Below, piece after piece: positions 50,276 to 63,715 of a stretch of 64,000 nucleotides of DNA. A program made the position numbers and the translations under genes. Origin of the DNA: Octopus sinensis (Eukaryota); assembly GCF_006345805.1 (NCBI RefSeq), contig NC_043022.1:7130001-7194000 (forward strand), written 5' to 3'. How positions within the stretch are numbered: position 1 is the first letter of the stretch; each line of letters begins with the position of its first letter. The notes beneath the pieces are model-generated. The model saw nothing but the letters and a program-made list of their open reading frames with translations, was not told the origin of the DNA and ran no database searches.

Positions 50276-52122
50276 AAAACCAAGTCATGATTAATACATA
50301 ATATGGAACAACCATAATGAGGGTGGGTGGTTGGATGGTGTAAGGAGACGGATAGAGAGAATTAACCGAATCACTTTTGACTGTTTTTGTTTGAAAAGTA
50401 TTCTTCAATAATGAAGAATAGTTAGGATGATGGAGGGGAGTGAAAACAAGTCTTGAAAGTCAAAACCATTCTTGGGAACAATTTCTAGAAGAGTTTTAGA
50501 AAAAAACGATGTTTAACCCTTTCAGTATTCAAATTACTTCTCTGCCAAATGTAATCCTTATTTATTCACATTGTTTTGAATTAATCATGGATTATCTTAT
50601 AGCCTTGAGATTTCAATGATGGGATTGTTTATTTTTAGAATGACATTGTAGGGTGGGTGTAAGAGGTTGGATCTGGCAATTTGAACATAAAACTGGTAGA
50701 ATATTTGGGCCAGATTGGCCTGTTTAAATGCTAAAGGGTTAATATAAAAAGAAAACTTATGGTGAAAGATATTCCAGATGTGGCCATCTCACTGCCTTCA
50801 GATATACAGAGAATTCACAACCACATTCTTTCTTTCTTTTACTTGTTTCAGTCATTTGACTGTGGCCATGCTGGAGCACCGCCTTTAGTCGAGCAACTCG
50901 ACACCGGGACTTATTCTTTTGTAAGCCCAGTACTTATTCTATCGGTCTCTTTTGCCGAACCGCTAAGTAACGGGGACATAAGCACACCAGCATCGGTTGT
51001 CAAGCAATGCTAGGGGACAAACACAGACACACAAATACACACTCGCATACATATATATATACATATATACGACGGGCTTCTTTCAGTTTCCGTCTACCAA
51101 ATCCACTCACAAGGCTTTGGTCGGCCCGAAGCTATAGTAGAAGACACTTGCCCAAGGTGCCACGCAGTGGGACTGAACCCGCAACCATGTGGTTGGTAGA
51201 CAAGCTACTTACCACACAGCCACTCCTGCGCCTATTATTCTGTGTTCATTCTAAAAACAGCAGGATTAAGGGTTAAGAGCCAAAACTTCATAAAAATACA
51301 AAAAATGAAAACTAAAGTTGAAGGAAGATAACAACATCCAGGAGAAAGGGATCAGTTTTTCTTTTATTTATTGTCTATAAAGGAGTTTTACAATTGATTT
51401 TAGGGATCTAGATGAAAGAAGATCTCCCTTTGCCTCTAGTTGGAACCATTTTATTTCAAAAGCCCACAGAAGAGACTAAATACACATCCACCTACCAGAA
51501 ATAGGAGCAAGATCTTCCTTGCTACAAAACCACTGATATAACTATGACAAACAAGGAAGTCTCTGTGAGGTCGTACAACCTGCTAAAAACAGCAACCAAA
51601 CCTCTCTAAGATCATACACATCACTGTCAAACAAAATGAACAAATTGGATACAGGAGTTTTAGATGTAAAAAAGATGGGAAAGCCATAGTTGAAATACCT
51701 GTAATCATAAACAAGCTGGACCCTTTTATTAAAATAACTAATAACACAACAGGGGAATGGATGACCATCACAACTTCTAATAAAAAAAATTGTAACTATG
51801 TTATCAAGTACAATGTCACATCAGAATTTCTCCTTTTGTACCACACGTCCAATCTTCCCCCAAAATGTCAGCAGCTTTGACTGTTTTACTAAAAACAAGC
51901 CACCGGCATTGTCATGCAAATGTATCCCTCATTCTTTTAGAATTTCTATTTATAATAATCAGTGAATCCTGAAGACTTCAGCAGCAAAAACTATGGCTGG
52001 TTCTGATTCTCTGGGCATTGAAAATAGGGGGCTGGGTTGAGTTTGATGATTTCCATAAATTTGGAACCATGTGATTTCAAAGGGCATTTCTTAAACACAC
52101 GGTTATGGTAGGCCTAGCTCTT

Positions 52123-52124
<2 letters not shown>

Positions 52125-52153
<29 letters not shown>

Positions 52154-52610
52154 CACATGTGTAGTGCAGGTATGTACATATGTGTATATGTGTGTGAGTA
52201 CATGGCTGTGTATGTATGTGGGTATGTGTGTGTGTGTGTGTACGTGCATAGTGTATGTGTGTACACGTGTCTGTATGTGCGTATGTGTGTGAGTGCATGG
52301 CTGTGTATGTATGTGGGTATGTGTGTGTGTACGTGCATAGTGTATGTGTGTACATGTGTCTGTATGTGCGTATGTGTGTGAGTGCATGGCTGTGTATGTA
52401 TGTGGGTATGTGTGTGTGTGTACGTGCATAGTGCATGTGTGTACATGTGTCTACATGTGTCTGTATGTGCGTATGTGTGTGAGTGCATGGCTGTGTATGT
52501 ATGTGGGTATGTGTGTGTGTGTGTACGTGCATAGTGCATGTGTGTACATGTGTCTACATGTGTCTGTATGTGCATATGTGTGTGAGTGCATGTCTGTACA
52601 TGAGTGTCTG

Positions 52611-52640
<30 letters not shown>
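52125..52640. repeat. GT-rich compound minisatellite
   Basis: Repeated units such as gtgagtgcatggctgtgtatgtatgtgggtatgtgtgtgtgtacgtgcatagtg. Confidence 0.9.
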
Positions 52641-52641
<1 letters not shown>

Positions 52642-53386
52642 GTGTCAGAAGGATCATCAATATTTCAAAGCTACAATGATGCTGCTGCTACACCGTAAAC
52701 ACATTTCACTGAAATAAATGCATCATAATGAGCAGTGCAGTATAGTGCAATGCAGGGCAGCAGAACTGCAACTGCAACTGCAATGCTGCCACCACCACCA
52801 GCATCAGCACCAGCACATCTCTCCTCTCACTTTAACAAATAATTATCAGTCTGTCAGTGCAATTGATGCATCAGAGAGTGTGTGTGTGTGTGTGTGGATC
52901 ATTTCAATTGTATAAAAGCATTCTCTCTCCCCACCTCATCCCCCATCTCCCAGCACGCGCATATGTGTGTGTGTGCGTGTGTGTGTGTGTGTGTGCGTGT
53001 GTGTGTGTGTGTGTGCGGAATGAGTTTAATGAAATACTTCACATAACTCAATTTTCTCAGCTGAGTCTTTGAATCAGACTCCACAAAAAGTAGGAGTCAA
53101 GTTGATTCACACCACCACCACCACCACATTAGTCAATGAATGGTTTGTCTTTTTTTTTTTTTTCAAGTTGATTTTAGGTTTGTCACAAACACGCTCATTC
53201 TGGAGCATCGCTACCACAGTTCAATGCCGTACATCTTGTGTGTTGTGTATGTGCGGTGGGAGCGGGAGGAGAGGAACTGTTTTTGTTGAATGTTAACAGT
53301 GATCGTGGCATCTCCAGTGAGGAGAGCCTACACTGCCCCAGCACTGAATTTCACAAGCATATGGACACAAATGATGTATGTATGTA

Positions 53387-53441
<55 letters not shown>

Positions 53442-53658
53442 CACACACACAAAAATGAGGGAGATGCACATATACAGAAAATATATAGGCGCAGGAGTGG
53501 CTGTGTGGTAAGTAGCTTGCTAACCAACCACATGGTTCCGGGTTCAGTCCCACTGCGGGGCATCTTGGGTAAGTGTCTTCTGCTATAGCCCCAGGCCGAC
53601 CAATGCCTTGTGAGTGGATTTGGTAGACGGAAACTGAAAGAAGCCCGTCGTATATATG

Positions 53659-53697
<39 letters not shown>

Positions 53698-53933
53698 TTG
53701 CGTGTCTGTGTTTGTCCCCCTAGCATTGCTGGTGTGTTTATGTCCCCGTTACTTAGCGGTTCGGCAAAAAGAGACCGATAGAATAAGTACTGGGCTTACA
53801 AAAAGAATAAGTCCCGGGGTCGAGTTGCTCGATTAAAGGCGTTGCTCCAGCATGGCCGCAGTGACTGAAACAAGTAAAAGAGTAAAAAGAGTATACCTAC
53901 ATAGAGATGTGTGTTGCATGCATGATGGCTATG

Positions 53934-53975
<42 letters not shown>

Positions 53976-55149
53976 ATATCTTCACATCAACACTCCTCAA
54001 CAATGCATGTTATTTATGTTCTGCATAAATCAAAAGACTACTAGGCTCAGCAGTTCAACATGGTGAAGATAAGGGTCAGACAATAGAGACTGGCTTGCAG
54101 ACAAGTCTTGAACTGTGTTAACAATTCCACCCACAGTGCTCGAAGCACTGTGAAAACCTACTTGTGATCCATCTTGTTTGATGTCTGGGTACTTTTGGCA
54201 TACTCTCTTTTACTCTCTTTTACTTGTTTCAGTCATTTGACTGCGGCCATGCTGGAGCACCGCCTTTAGTCGAGCAAATCGACCCCGGGACTTATTCTTT
54301 TGTAAGCCCAGTACTTATTATATCGGTCTCTTTTGCCGAACCGCTAAGTGACAGGGACGTAAACACACCAGCATCGGTTGTCAAACAATGCTAGGGGGAC
54401 AAACACAGACACACAAACATATACATACACATACATACATATATATACATATATACGACAGGCTTCTTTCAGTTTCCGTCTACCAAATCCACTCACAAGG
54501 CATTGGTTGGCCCGAGGCTATAGCAGAAGACACTTGCCCAAGATGCCACGCAGTGGGACTGAACCCAGAACCATGTGGTTGGTAGGCAAGCTACTTACCA
54601 CACAGCCACTCCGAATACAAGTTTATACAATGATTACAGTAGTGGCTGTTAAGGGGGACTCTGTCAAGATTCCTTGTGAACTGTCAGACATTCATTGCAG
54701 CTCATATATTTTCAGGGTCCACCTTGACACCTCATCACCACTATTTTTACCTCTTTCCAGCTCCACCCAAAACACCCCCACCCCCAACAGTTCTTCTAAA
54801 ATATGAGTAGTCAGGTAGTTCTTCTACAAGAAGCCTCTTCTGCTCTGGCCCTTTTCTCTCACACTTTACCATCTATGCTCCTCATTCTCCTAACATAAAG
54901 TCTCCCCCACCTCTGGGTTTGTAGTCTTGCAACCTCACTGGTTAAGATTAGTGTTAGGAAGAACATTCCATGATAGAAACTATGCAAAAGTAGACACTGG
55001 GGTACAATTGGGCCCGTTGCCTCCAGTCAACTCAGACCAATGTGAAACATGGATGTTAAATGATGACAATGATGCTGATATGCTGATAATATTGTTATGG
55101 GGGTCAATTCAGGGACAGTGCTTGCGACCGACTTTTGTGAAATAATCCT

Positions 55150-55745
55150 TTGTCCTGACAGGAGTCAGGCAGTCACAGTCAATGGTGCTCTATCAGCAGA
55201 ATCCCCCAGGAAACTGTACTGCGATCGCAAATGTTCATGGTGGCTCTCTCAGACATGTCCTTAGTCATACAGTCACTCTCACCAACTCTGCTGATGGTAC
55301 AACAAGTATCACAAGCAGTTAAGGACCCTGGTGACTCTCAAAAGCTGCTGAAAGACCTGAATGCAGTATACAGCTGGACTGATAAATATAATATGCTGTT
55401 CAATGTCGAGAAGTTTCAAGCACTCTACTATTGGCTCATAAACAGACTACAACACATGACCAGGGAATAGTACAATCCCAAGGTCTGAGTAGGTGTATGA
55501 CGAGGGAGTCCATCGGTGGTCACCACAAAGCATCAAACTAACAATGTACAAAGAAGACTGACTTGGTGTAAGACATAAGCTACTGGAAGAGGCCAAAAGA
55601 ATTGAGACTCTACTCCCAAAAGAGAAGATGCAAAAGATATGCAGTGACATACATATGGAAGACCCTGGAGGGTCTAGAGCCCAGCTTTGGAATTGAAAGC
55701 TCTCACAACAACCAAACTGGACACCACTGCATAGTACCAAAAAAG
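55150..55745 (+). mobile_element. CR1/L2-group LINE reverse transcriptase C-terminal fragment, decayed
   Basis: QAVTVNGALS...; LLKDLNAVYSWTDKYNMLFNVEKFQAL; [25 protein letters not shown]; frameshifted. Confidence 0.75.
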
Positions 55746-56398
55746 AATTATATATATATATACATATATATATATACATATATATGTATATACATATATA
55801 TGTATATACATATAATATATATACATCATATATATATATATACATATATATATATACATTATATATATATACATATATATACATATATATACATATACAT
55901 ATATATACATTATAATATATATATATACATATACATATATATACATATATACATATACAAATATACATCATATACATATACATATATACACATATATATA
56001 CATAACATATATATACATATATATACATATACATATATATACATATATTACATATATATACATATACATATATATACAATACATATATATATATACATAT
56101 ATATATTATACATATACATATATATACATATACATATATATATACAATATATATATACATATACATATATATTACATATACATATATATACAATACATAT
56201 ATATACATATACATATATATATACATATACATATATACATATACATATATATATACTATACATATATATATACATATAAATTATATATACATATACATAT
56301 ATATATACATATACATATATATACATATACATATATATATACATATATATACATATACATATATATATACATATATATACATATATACATATATATAC

Positions 56399-56450
<52 letters not shown>

Positions 56451-56620
56451 AATGCACACATCTAATATACAGAATATATTTATATAATATACACAATATA
56501 TGCATACATGTTAAAAATACAATAATAAAATATATGTGTATATGTGTGTGTGTATATATATATATATAAATATTTATATATATATATATATATATATAAA
56601 ATAATTATATATATATATAG
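55746..56620. repeat. Long compound (AT)n/(ATAC)n microsatellite, about 870 bp
   Basis: Direct inspection; source of the spurious YIYI/HIYI ORFs. Confidence 0.97.
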
Positions 56621-58692
56621 CTTTATAAACACATTGACTGACCAATTATATTGAGAAGATAAAAATAGCACGGCTAAAAATAGAAGTAAAAAAATAGATC
56701 AGGTGCTCTGGTATGTAATCAATAATTGGCAAAAGACAGTCTGCGATGGTTGGAGAGCGTTGTCAGCCTGTTTGTCTGAAAGCGATGCTTCCAATGTAGA
56801 AGTATATTGGTTTACAATGAAAATCTTAGCAGTTCATTCATAAATATATATTCCTTTATGTGTATATACAGGACTCATTCTATATGGTGTGTTGACTCTT
56901 TTAGCGTTCAAATTCTTCTTTCAAATCTAATGCTTATTTATTCCCATTGTCTTGAATTAATCATGCATTATCTCATAGCTTAGAGATTTCAATGATGTGA
57001 TTATTTATTTTTAGAATGGCATTGTAGAGTAGGTGTGAGAGGCTGGATCTCTCTGATTTGAACAAAACAAAGGGAAGAAATATATGAGCCAGATATTGTC
57101 AGTTCACCCTTTTAGCATTCAGATTATTCTATTAACCCTTTAGCATTTAAACCGGCCATATCCGGCCAAAAGTATTCTGCCTGTTTTATGGTCAAACTGG
57201 CCAGATCTGGTCTCTCACACCAGCCCTACAATATCGTTTTAAAAATTAACAGCTACCTCATCAAAATCTCAAAGCTACAAGATTAATGCCTGATTAGTTC
57301 AAGGCAATGTGGATAAAAAGGGATTAATTTTGGCAGAATAATGCGAACACTAAAGGGTTAAATGTAAAGCTTATTTATTCACCTTGTTTTAAATTAATCA
57401 TGGATTATCTTCTAGCTTCAATATTTTGATGCCCTTCCTAAAACCAACCATTCATAGTATACTCGGTGCCTCTTACATGGCACCAGCAGCAGAGACATCA
57501 TCAAGTGACTTGCCAGACAAAACCCACAACTGAAGGTGGAGAAAGAGTAGTTCTATCTATCGATAAATGTGTGTATGTACATGTGTGTGTGTGTGTGTGT
57601 GTGTGTATAAAACACATATACACACATCTGTACACACACATACATATACAGCATATACATATAGTTCAAATATACAGAAAACAAAAAACAAAGACAGGTG
57701 TAGGAACAACAAGCAGATGTATTAGTTAACACTCAGGGAAAATGGAGAAATCTTTTAGGTTTCAAACCTACATTCTTCAACAGAAAGGATTAACCCTTTA
57801 GTGTTCAGATTATTCTTTCAAACATAATGCCTATTGATTCACATTGATTTGAATTAATCATGCATTATCTCATATCTTCAAGATCTTGATGGTGTAATTA
57901 CTTAATGTAGAATAACATTGTAGGGTAGGTGTGAGGGCCTGGATCTGGTCAGTTTGAACAAAAACAGATTAAATTTTTTGGCCGGACATGGCCGGTTTAA
58001 ATACTAAAGGGTTAAGATGAAAAAATGGAGAGAGAATGAAAAATGGTGAGAGAAAAAATGTGAAACATAGCGACGGAGATGACTGGGAAAAAAGAGGTTG
58101 AATGAAAGGGAGAAGATGATAACAGCAAAGGTAATGGTGACCCCAACGAACAAAGATGTGCAAGCATGTGTGTGTATGTGTATGTGTGAATGGGGGCGAG
58201 TGAGTCTAGTGTGTGTGTGTGTGTGTGTTTTGTGCAGCAGTTGGTGAGTGTGGAGTGGCTGTGTGGTAAGTAGCTTGCTAACCAACCACATGGTTCCAGG
58301 TTCAGTCCCACTGCGTGGCATCTTGGGCAAGTGTCTTCTGCTATAGCCCTGGGCCGACCAATGCCTTGTGAGTGGATTTGGTAGACGGAAACTGAAAGAA
58401 GCCTGTCGTATATATGTATATATATATATACATGTGTGTGTTTGTCCCCCCAGCATTGCTTGACAACCGATGCTGGTGTGTTTACGTCCCCGTTACTTAG
58501 CGGTTCGGCAAAAAAGAGACCGATAGAATAAGTACTGGGCTTACAAAGAATAAGTCCCGGGGTCGATTTGCTCGACTAAAGGCGGTGCTCCAGCATGGCC
58601 GCAGTCAAAATGACTGAAACAAGTAAAAGAGTAAAAGAGAATATGACTTCAAATTTCTATTATATAGGATCCCGGTAAATATTAGAGAGAAA

Positions 58693-58725
<33 letters not shown>

Positions 58726-58971
58726 TTCTTAAAAAAGATCCAAAAAGATTCGAGTTACAAAGGGACTGTGTTTAAAACTTACCTCAAAGTATATAAGTAC
58801 ATATGTACGTATGTATTTGGTGGGTGGGTGGATAGATAGATAGATAGATATCAAAACACAAGTGTCTGTGTAATGCTCCCAGCCACTAACTATAATGCCA
58901 GGAGTTGGTGGTTTTCTCGGTTGAGCCAATGGAATACTCATAATGAATAGCCGCAAGAAAAGGTCTATTTA

Positions 58972-59446
58972 CATGTCTCAATGAAACAGTCACTGTTTTG
59001 TGGGGGGTGGGGGATAGAATAACTGAAAACAAAAATAAAACATGAGACTAACAGTGCATCCTCTATGTGGTCACTTGAGCTACATGAAATAGGAACTGTA
59101 TTTCCCTCAAAACACACTATCATCTTGAAAATTGCGTATTGGAAAATGCCTTTAAAAAGACAAGATGGGCATAAATGGATTGGCTTCAATCATAAGACAG
59201 CTTAATTTGGGGGCATGTCTCAATGAAACAGTCACTGTTTCGTGGGGGGTGGAGATAGAATAACTGAAAACAAAAATAAAACATGAGACTAACAGTGCAT
59301 CCTCTATGTGGTCACTTGAGCTACATGAAATAGGAACTGTATTTCCCTCAAAACACACTATCATCTTGAAAATTGCGTATTGGAAAATGCCTTTAAAAAG
59401 ACAAGATGGCCATAAATGGATTGGCTTCAATCATAAGACAGCTTAA
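58972..59446. repeat. 242-bp tandem duplication of unique sequence
   Basis: catgtctcaatgaaacag... occurs at 58972 and 59214; the second copy is interrupted by the MITE at 59447. Confidence 0.92.
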
Positions 59447-59755
59447 CCCCTTACCCAACAATTATTTTGAAAATAAATGTATTTTTTCAGACCTATTTTT
59501 TAATTGTTTTATTTTACTATGTTTTGAATGGTGATTTCGAGGTATATTTCAAACCTTATTTATTATGAATTTTAATTCAATAATATTGATTTTAAATTAC
59601 CGCTTTGGGCAGAAATGAGTTAACCTGTTTTTAGACGAAGGAACTCGTTTGCTGTCGATTTTGGCGAGTCTATCTTTTGACGAGTTAACTCGCCAGAGAT
59701 AGAAAAAAAACGATTTCGGTCAAAACGCATATATTCGTTTCTACCGGGTAAGGGG
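59447..59755. mobile_element. piggyBac-type MITE family 3
   Basis: TTAA|CCCCTTAC...GTAAGGGG|TTAA; the empty TTAA site is visible in the adjacent duplicated copy of the flank. Confidence 0.9.
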
Positions 59756-61840
59756 TTAATTTGGGGGCAGACAAAGAGGCTGGCAACTATCGAAGAATAT
59801 CAATGAATTGTGTTGTGTAAATTAAGCATGTGGTGGCGGCTGGAGAGAAAGGGCGTGAATGAGAAGGAAAGAAGCGAAGGGGAGAAAATCAATTTATAAG
59901 GGGTGACTGGTGTGTGTGTGTGTACATGTTAGAACATGTTCGAAATAATCTTCAGATTCTACAACCACGTGTAAGTTTATGTGTGTGTGTTTGTAAACAA
60001 ACAAACAAGAAGTTCTCAGTCCTTGTCCCTGCCCTCTTCCACTCTCAATAGCCTGCTGGTAATGTGGTAATGTGGTAACAAACTACGTTCCAAACACATG
60101 GCCCTGTGTTCAGTCCCACTGTGTAGTGACTTGGCATGTGTTTTCTGCTGTAATTTCAGACCAACAAAAGCCTTCTCAGTGGATTTTGTACATATATACA
60201 GGCATACATACATATATATACATGCATACATACATATTCGGCATAGACACTCTACCACTACAACTAATAACTGTTGGGAACACTTTGCCTACATAGGGCA
60301 TCCATTCTCTTTTAACACAGCATGAAGTTTTGTAACAGCACATCCGCTGCCGTTCGTGGAAAACGAAGAGACCCTATTCACCTGCGAATGTTTTACACCG
60401 CCTTCCACGACTATCAAATTCTTACAATTATGAGAACAATAACATGGCTCTTTTCAAGGCAACCTTGCATTCAATTCTTACACCATTCTACGAGGGGGTA
60501 GGAACCCCTTTACACGGCTTTCTATAATATTGAACCCTAACCCTAACCCCGAGCAGGTCATTTGAGAGAGGAAGAGAGAGACAAGGCCTGAGAACTTTCT
60601 TGTTTGTTTACATACACATGCTTGTGGAACCAGAAGACCATGTGGTTGGTAGGAAGCAACAACTTACCACACAGCCACATCTGCACTTCTATGATTATAT
60701 TTATTACGTGAGCTCAATATAAATATTTGTAACCCCACTCATCATCTTATGTGAGGGTGCAGCACTTAACCTAACGTATTCACAAGATATAGCCCTCGTT
60801 GTACACACAAATTCAAACACACACAACAAGCTTTTGTACATTTTCTACCAAGCAAATTGTTGTTTGAAACTGCACAAAGGTCTGAAGATTAAGCAACTAA
60901 ATCAACAAATAAGCCCAGTGGTTAATGTAGTCCTTGATACACTGTGAGTAGAGAGTGAAGGCATTTAGCTAAGTGATTAGGGTATTTAACTCACAACTGT
61001 AAGGTTGCGAGTTCAATTCCCAGCAGCACATTATGTCCTTGAGCAAGACACTTTATTTCAATTTATTGCCCCAGTCCACTCAGCTGGAAAGAATGAGTTA
61101 TACCTGTAATTCAAAAGGGGCCTGCTATGTCACATTCTGTGTCCAATGCTGAATCTTCCTGAGAACTACATTAAGGGTATGCATGTCTGTGGGGTGCTCA
61201 GCCACTTGAACCTTAATTTCATAAGCAGGCTGTTCCATTGATCAGATCAACTGGAACCCTTAACATCATAATTGACAGGGGGCCAGTTACGAGTAGAGAA
61301 AAGATGGGGTCATCACAAATAGAACATCTTTGATCATAATACATCAACTGAATCAGTCTTGATCAGGAGCAAAACAACAACAAAAGGATCACTTGACTTA
61401 CTAGAAATAGCAGTCCAATCTTCAAATCACACTATACTATTTTAAATAAAAGGACACATTAGATAATGTTGAACTCCTCCACCTAAAAAAAAGTAGGGTT
61501 GATCATGGTTGCAATACTTTTTTGATCATAGGTGGCTGAATAATTTTAGGTACCAGTTTACAAGTTAAAATCTAGGGAAGAGTTTAGAGCCACAACATAT
61601 GTTATAATTTGTTACCTACACCGTTTTCATATTCTGGGCCCTCCTCCTCCTCTTCTTACTGATTTAATACTACCCCTGCCTCTTGTTCCTCTACGCCCCC
61701 AACACTTCATCTCATCAGTTTCATGTTTTCTTTTTTCTGCAAATATCTAGATTAATTCAACCCCATTTGTGTACACCCACATATACCTACATATATTCAG
61801 AGACGAAAACAAACACATACATGTGTGTGTGTGTGTGTGT

Positions 61841-61891
<51 letters not shown>

Positions 61892-62680
61892 GGAAATATT
61901 TTGTGCTCCATGCTAATGTGTGTGTGTCATCATCATCATCATTTCCTTTTTTTATATATCACAACTCGTGTTCCACATCACCTTTTTTAAATATATATAT
62001 ATGGAGTGGTTGGCATTAGGAAGGGCATCCAGCTGTAGAAACTCTGCCAGATCAGACTGGAGCCTGGTGCAGCCCCTGGCTTCCCAGACCCCGGTCGAAC
62101 CGTCCAACCCGTGCTTGCGCGGAAAACGGACGTTAAACGATGATGATGATAATGATATATATATATATATATATATATATGGCTGATGCTGGTGTCATGC
62201 CAGTGGTACATACGAAGCACCGTTCAAGCATTTAGCCTCACAGAGGTAAAGTGGCTGATGCCAGTGCCATGTGAAAGCTCCTTTTGAGAGTTGGGCCTCA
62301 CGGAGCCAATGACCGGGACCTTTGGCATTATGTCGTGCTTGAGAAGAAGACCCATCAAGCCAAGTAAAATCACAGTCATGGCAGATACCAGTGTCACACA
62401 AATGGCACCCATGCCAGTGGTACATAAAAGCACCTATTACACTCTCGGAGCTGTTGGTTTTTAGGATACTCTTTACTCTCTTTTACTTGTTTCAGTCATT
62501 TTGACTGCGGCCATGCTGGAGCACCGCCTTTAGTCGAGCAAATCGACCCCGGGACTTATTCTTTGTAAGCCCAGTACTTATTCTATCGGACTCTTTTTGC
62601 TGAACCGCTAAGTTACGGGGACGTAAACACACCAGCATCAGTTGTCAAGCAATGCTAGGGGGACAAACACAGACACACAA

Positions 62681-62735
<55 letters not shown>

Positions 62736-63046
62736 TACGACGGGCTTCTTTCAGTTTCCGTCTACCAAATCCACTCACAAGGCATTGGTCGGCCTGGGTT
62801 TATAGCAGAAGACACTTGCCCAAGATGCCACGCAGTGGGACTGAACCCGGAACCATGTGGTCGGTTAGCAAGCTACTTACCACACAGCCACACCTGCGCC
62901 TATGGTCATCCAGCTGTTGACCATCCAGGATGGTCATCCAGCTGTTGAAACCATGCCAAATCAGGCTGGGGGTCTAGTGCAGCCTTCCAGCTTACCAGCC
63001 CTGGTCAAACTGTCCAACCCATGCCAACATGAACAATGGATGCTAA

Positions 63047-63077
<31 letters not shown>

Positions 63078-63128
63078 CACACACACATTAGCATGGAGCA
63101 CAAAATATACTGAAAAATACTAAGAAAA

Positions 63129-63404
63129 TAACATAAGGGGGATCAGCCATCTGAATGTGGCTAGGGACAGGGTGGGGTAGTGGGGGTATTACTGATGCAT
63201 TTAGCCCCAGGCGATCATCAACGTCACCAGAAGGGCTGACACCATCTCGGTGTCCTTGCCAGCCTGCAAAGGGAGCAAGGACACCGAGATGGTGTCAGCC
63301 CTTCTGGTGACGTTGATGATTGCCTGGGGCTAAATGCATCAGTAACACCCCCACTACCCCGCCCTGTCCCTAGCCACATTCAGATGCTGATCCCCCTTAT
63401 GTTA
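63129..63404. repeat. GC-rich near-perfect hairpin (about 130-bp arms, 15-nt spacer), possible fold-back MITE
   Basis: 63129-63259 is the reverse complement of 63275-63404 with few mismatches. Confidence 0.9.
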
Positions 63405-63715
63405 TAGAGCAGTTACTGTTTATATCTCGCTCAGAGATTTACTAAGAAAATATATCTACAGATAATCTGTTAACTCAAGCCACTGCTTTAAGCTGGCAGC
63501 TTGGGATTAGAACACACGCACGGATATTGGGTGTCGTTAGACATACTGCCTTCCACACGCATGCCCAGACCAACACACAGACAGACACAGGGAAATCAAA
63601 CTGGTGAGACTAGAAATAAAAGAACAATGAAACTGAATATAGTAAAGCATTTTGTGACCGTGCAGATACCAACACACACAAGCCCTCACACACACATATA
63701 TACATGCACAAGCTG

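Noticed and set aside
51410-51790. Coding-looking A-rich stretch
   Set aside because: No continuous frame with a recognisable domain; possibly a decayed retroelement, but I cannot support a call.
52718-52915. His/Gln-rich ORF resembling the NLK N-terminal low-complexity region
   Set aside because: It is on the + strand (NLK is on -), has no kinase subdomain I, and is explained by CAC/CAG/CTGCAA simple repeats.
55447-56671. Long ORFs (up to 261 aa) rich in Y, I, H, M, C, V
   Set aside because: Translations of (AT)n/(ATAC)n microsatellite; the same applies to ORFs at about 2877-3663, 38238-38857, 49837-50408 and 52077-52679.
60530-60550. Telomere-like (TTAGGG)n / (CCCTAA)n, also at about 16820 and 31228
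   Set aside because: Only 2-3 units, embedded in repeat bodies; not an interstitial telomere array.
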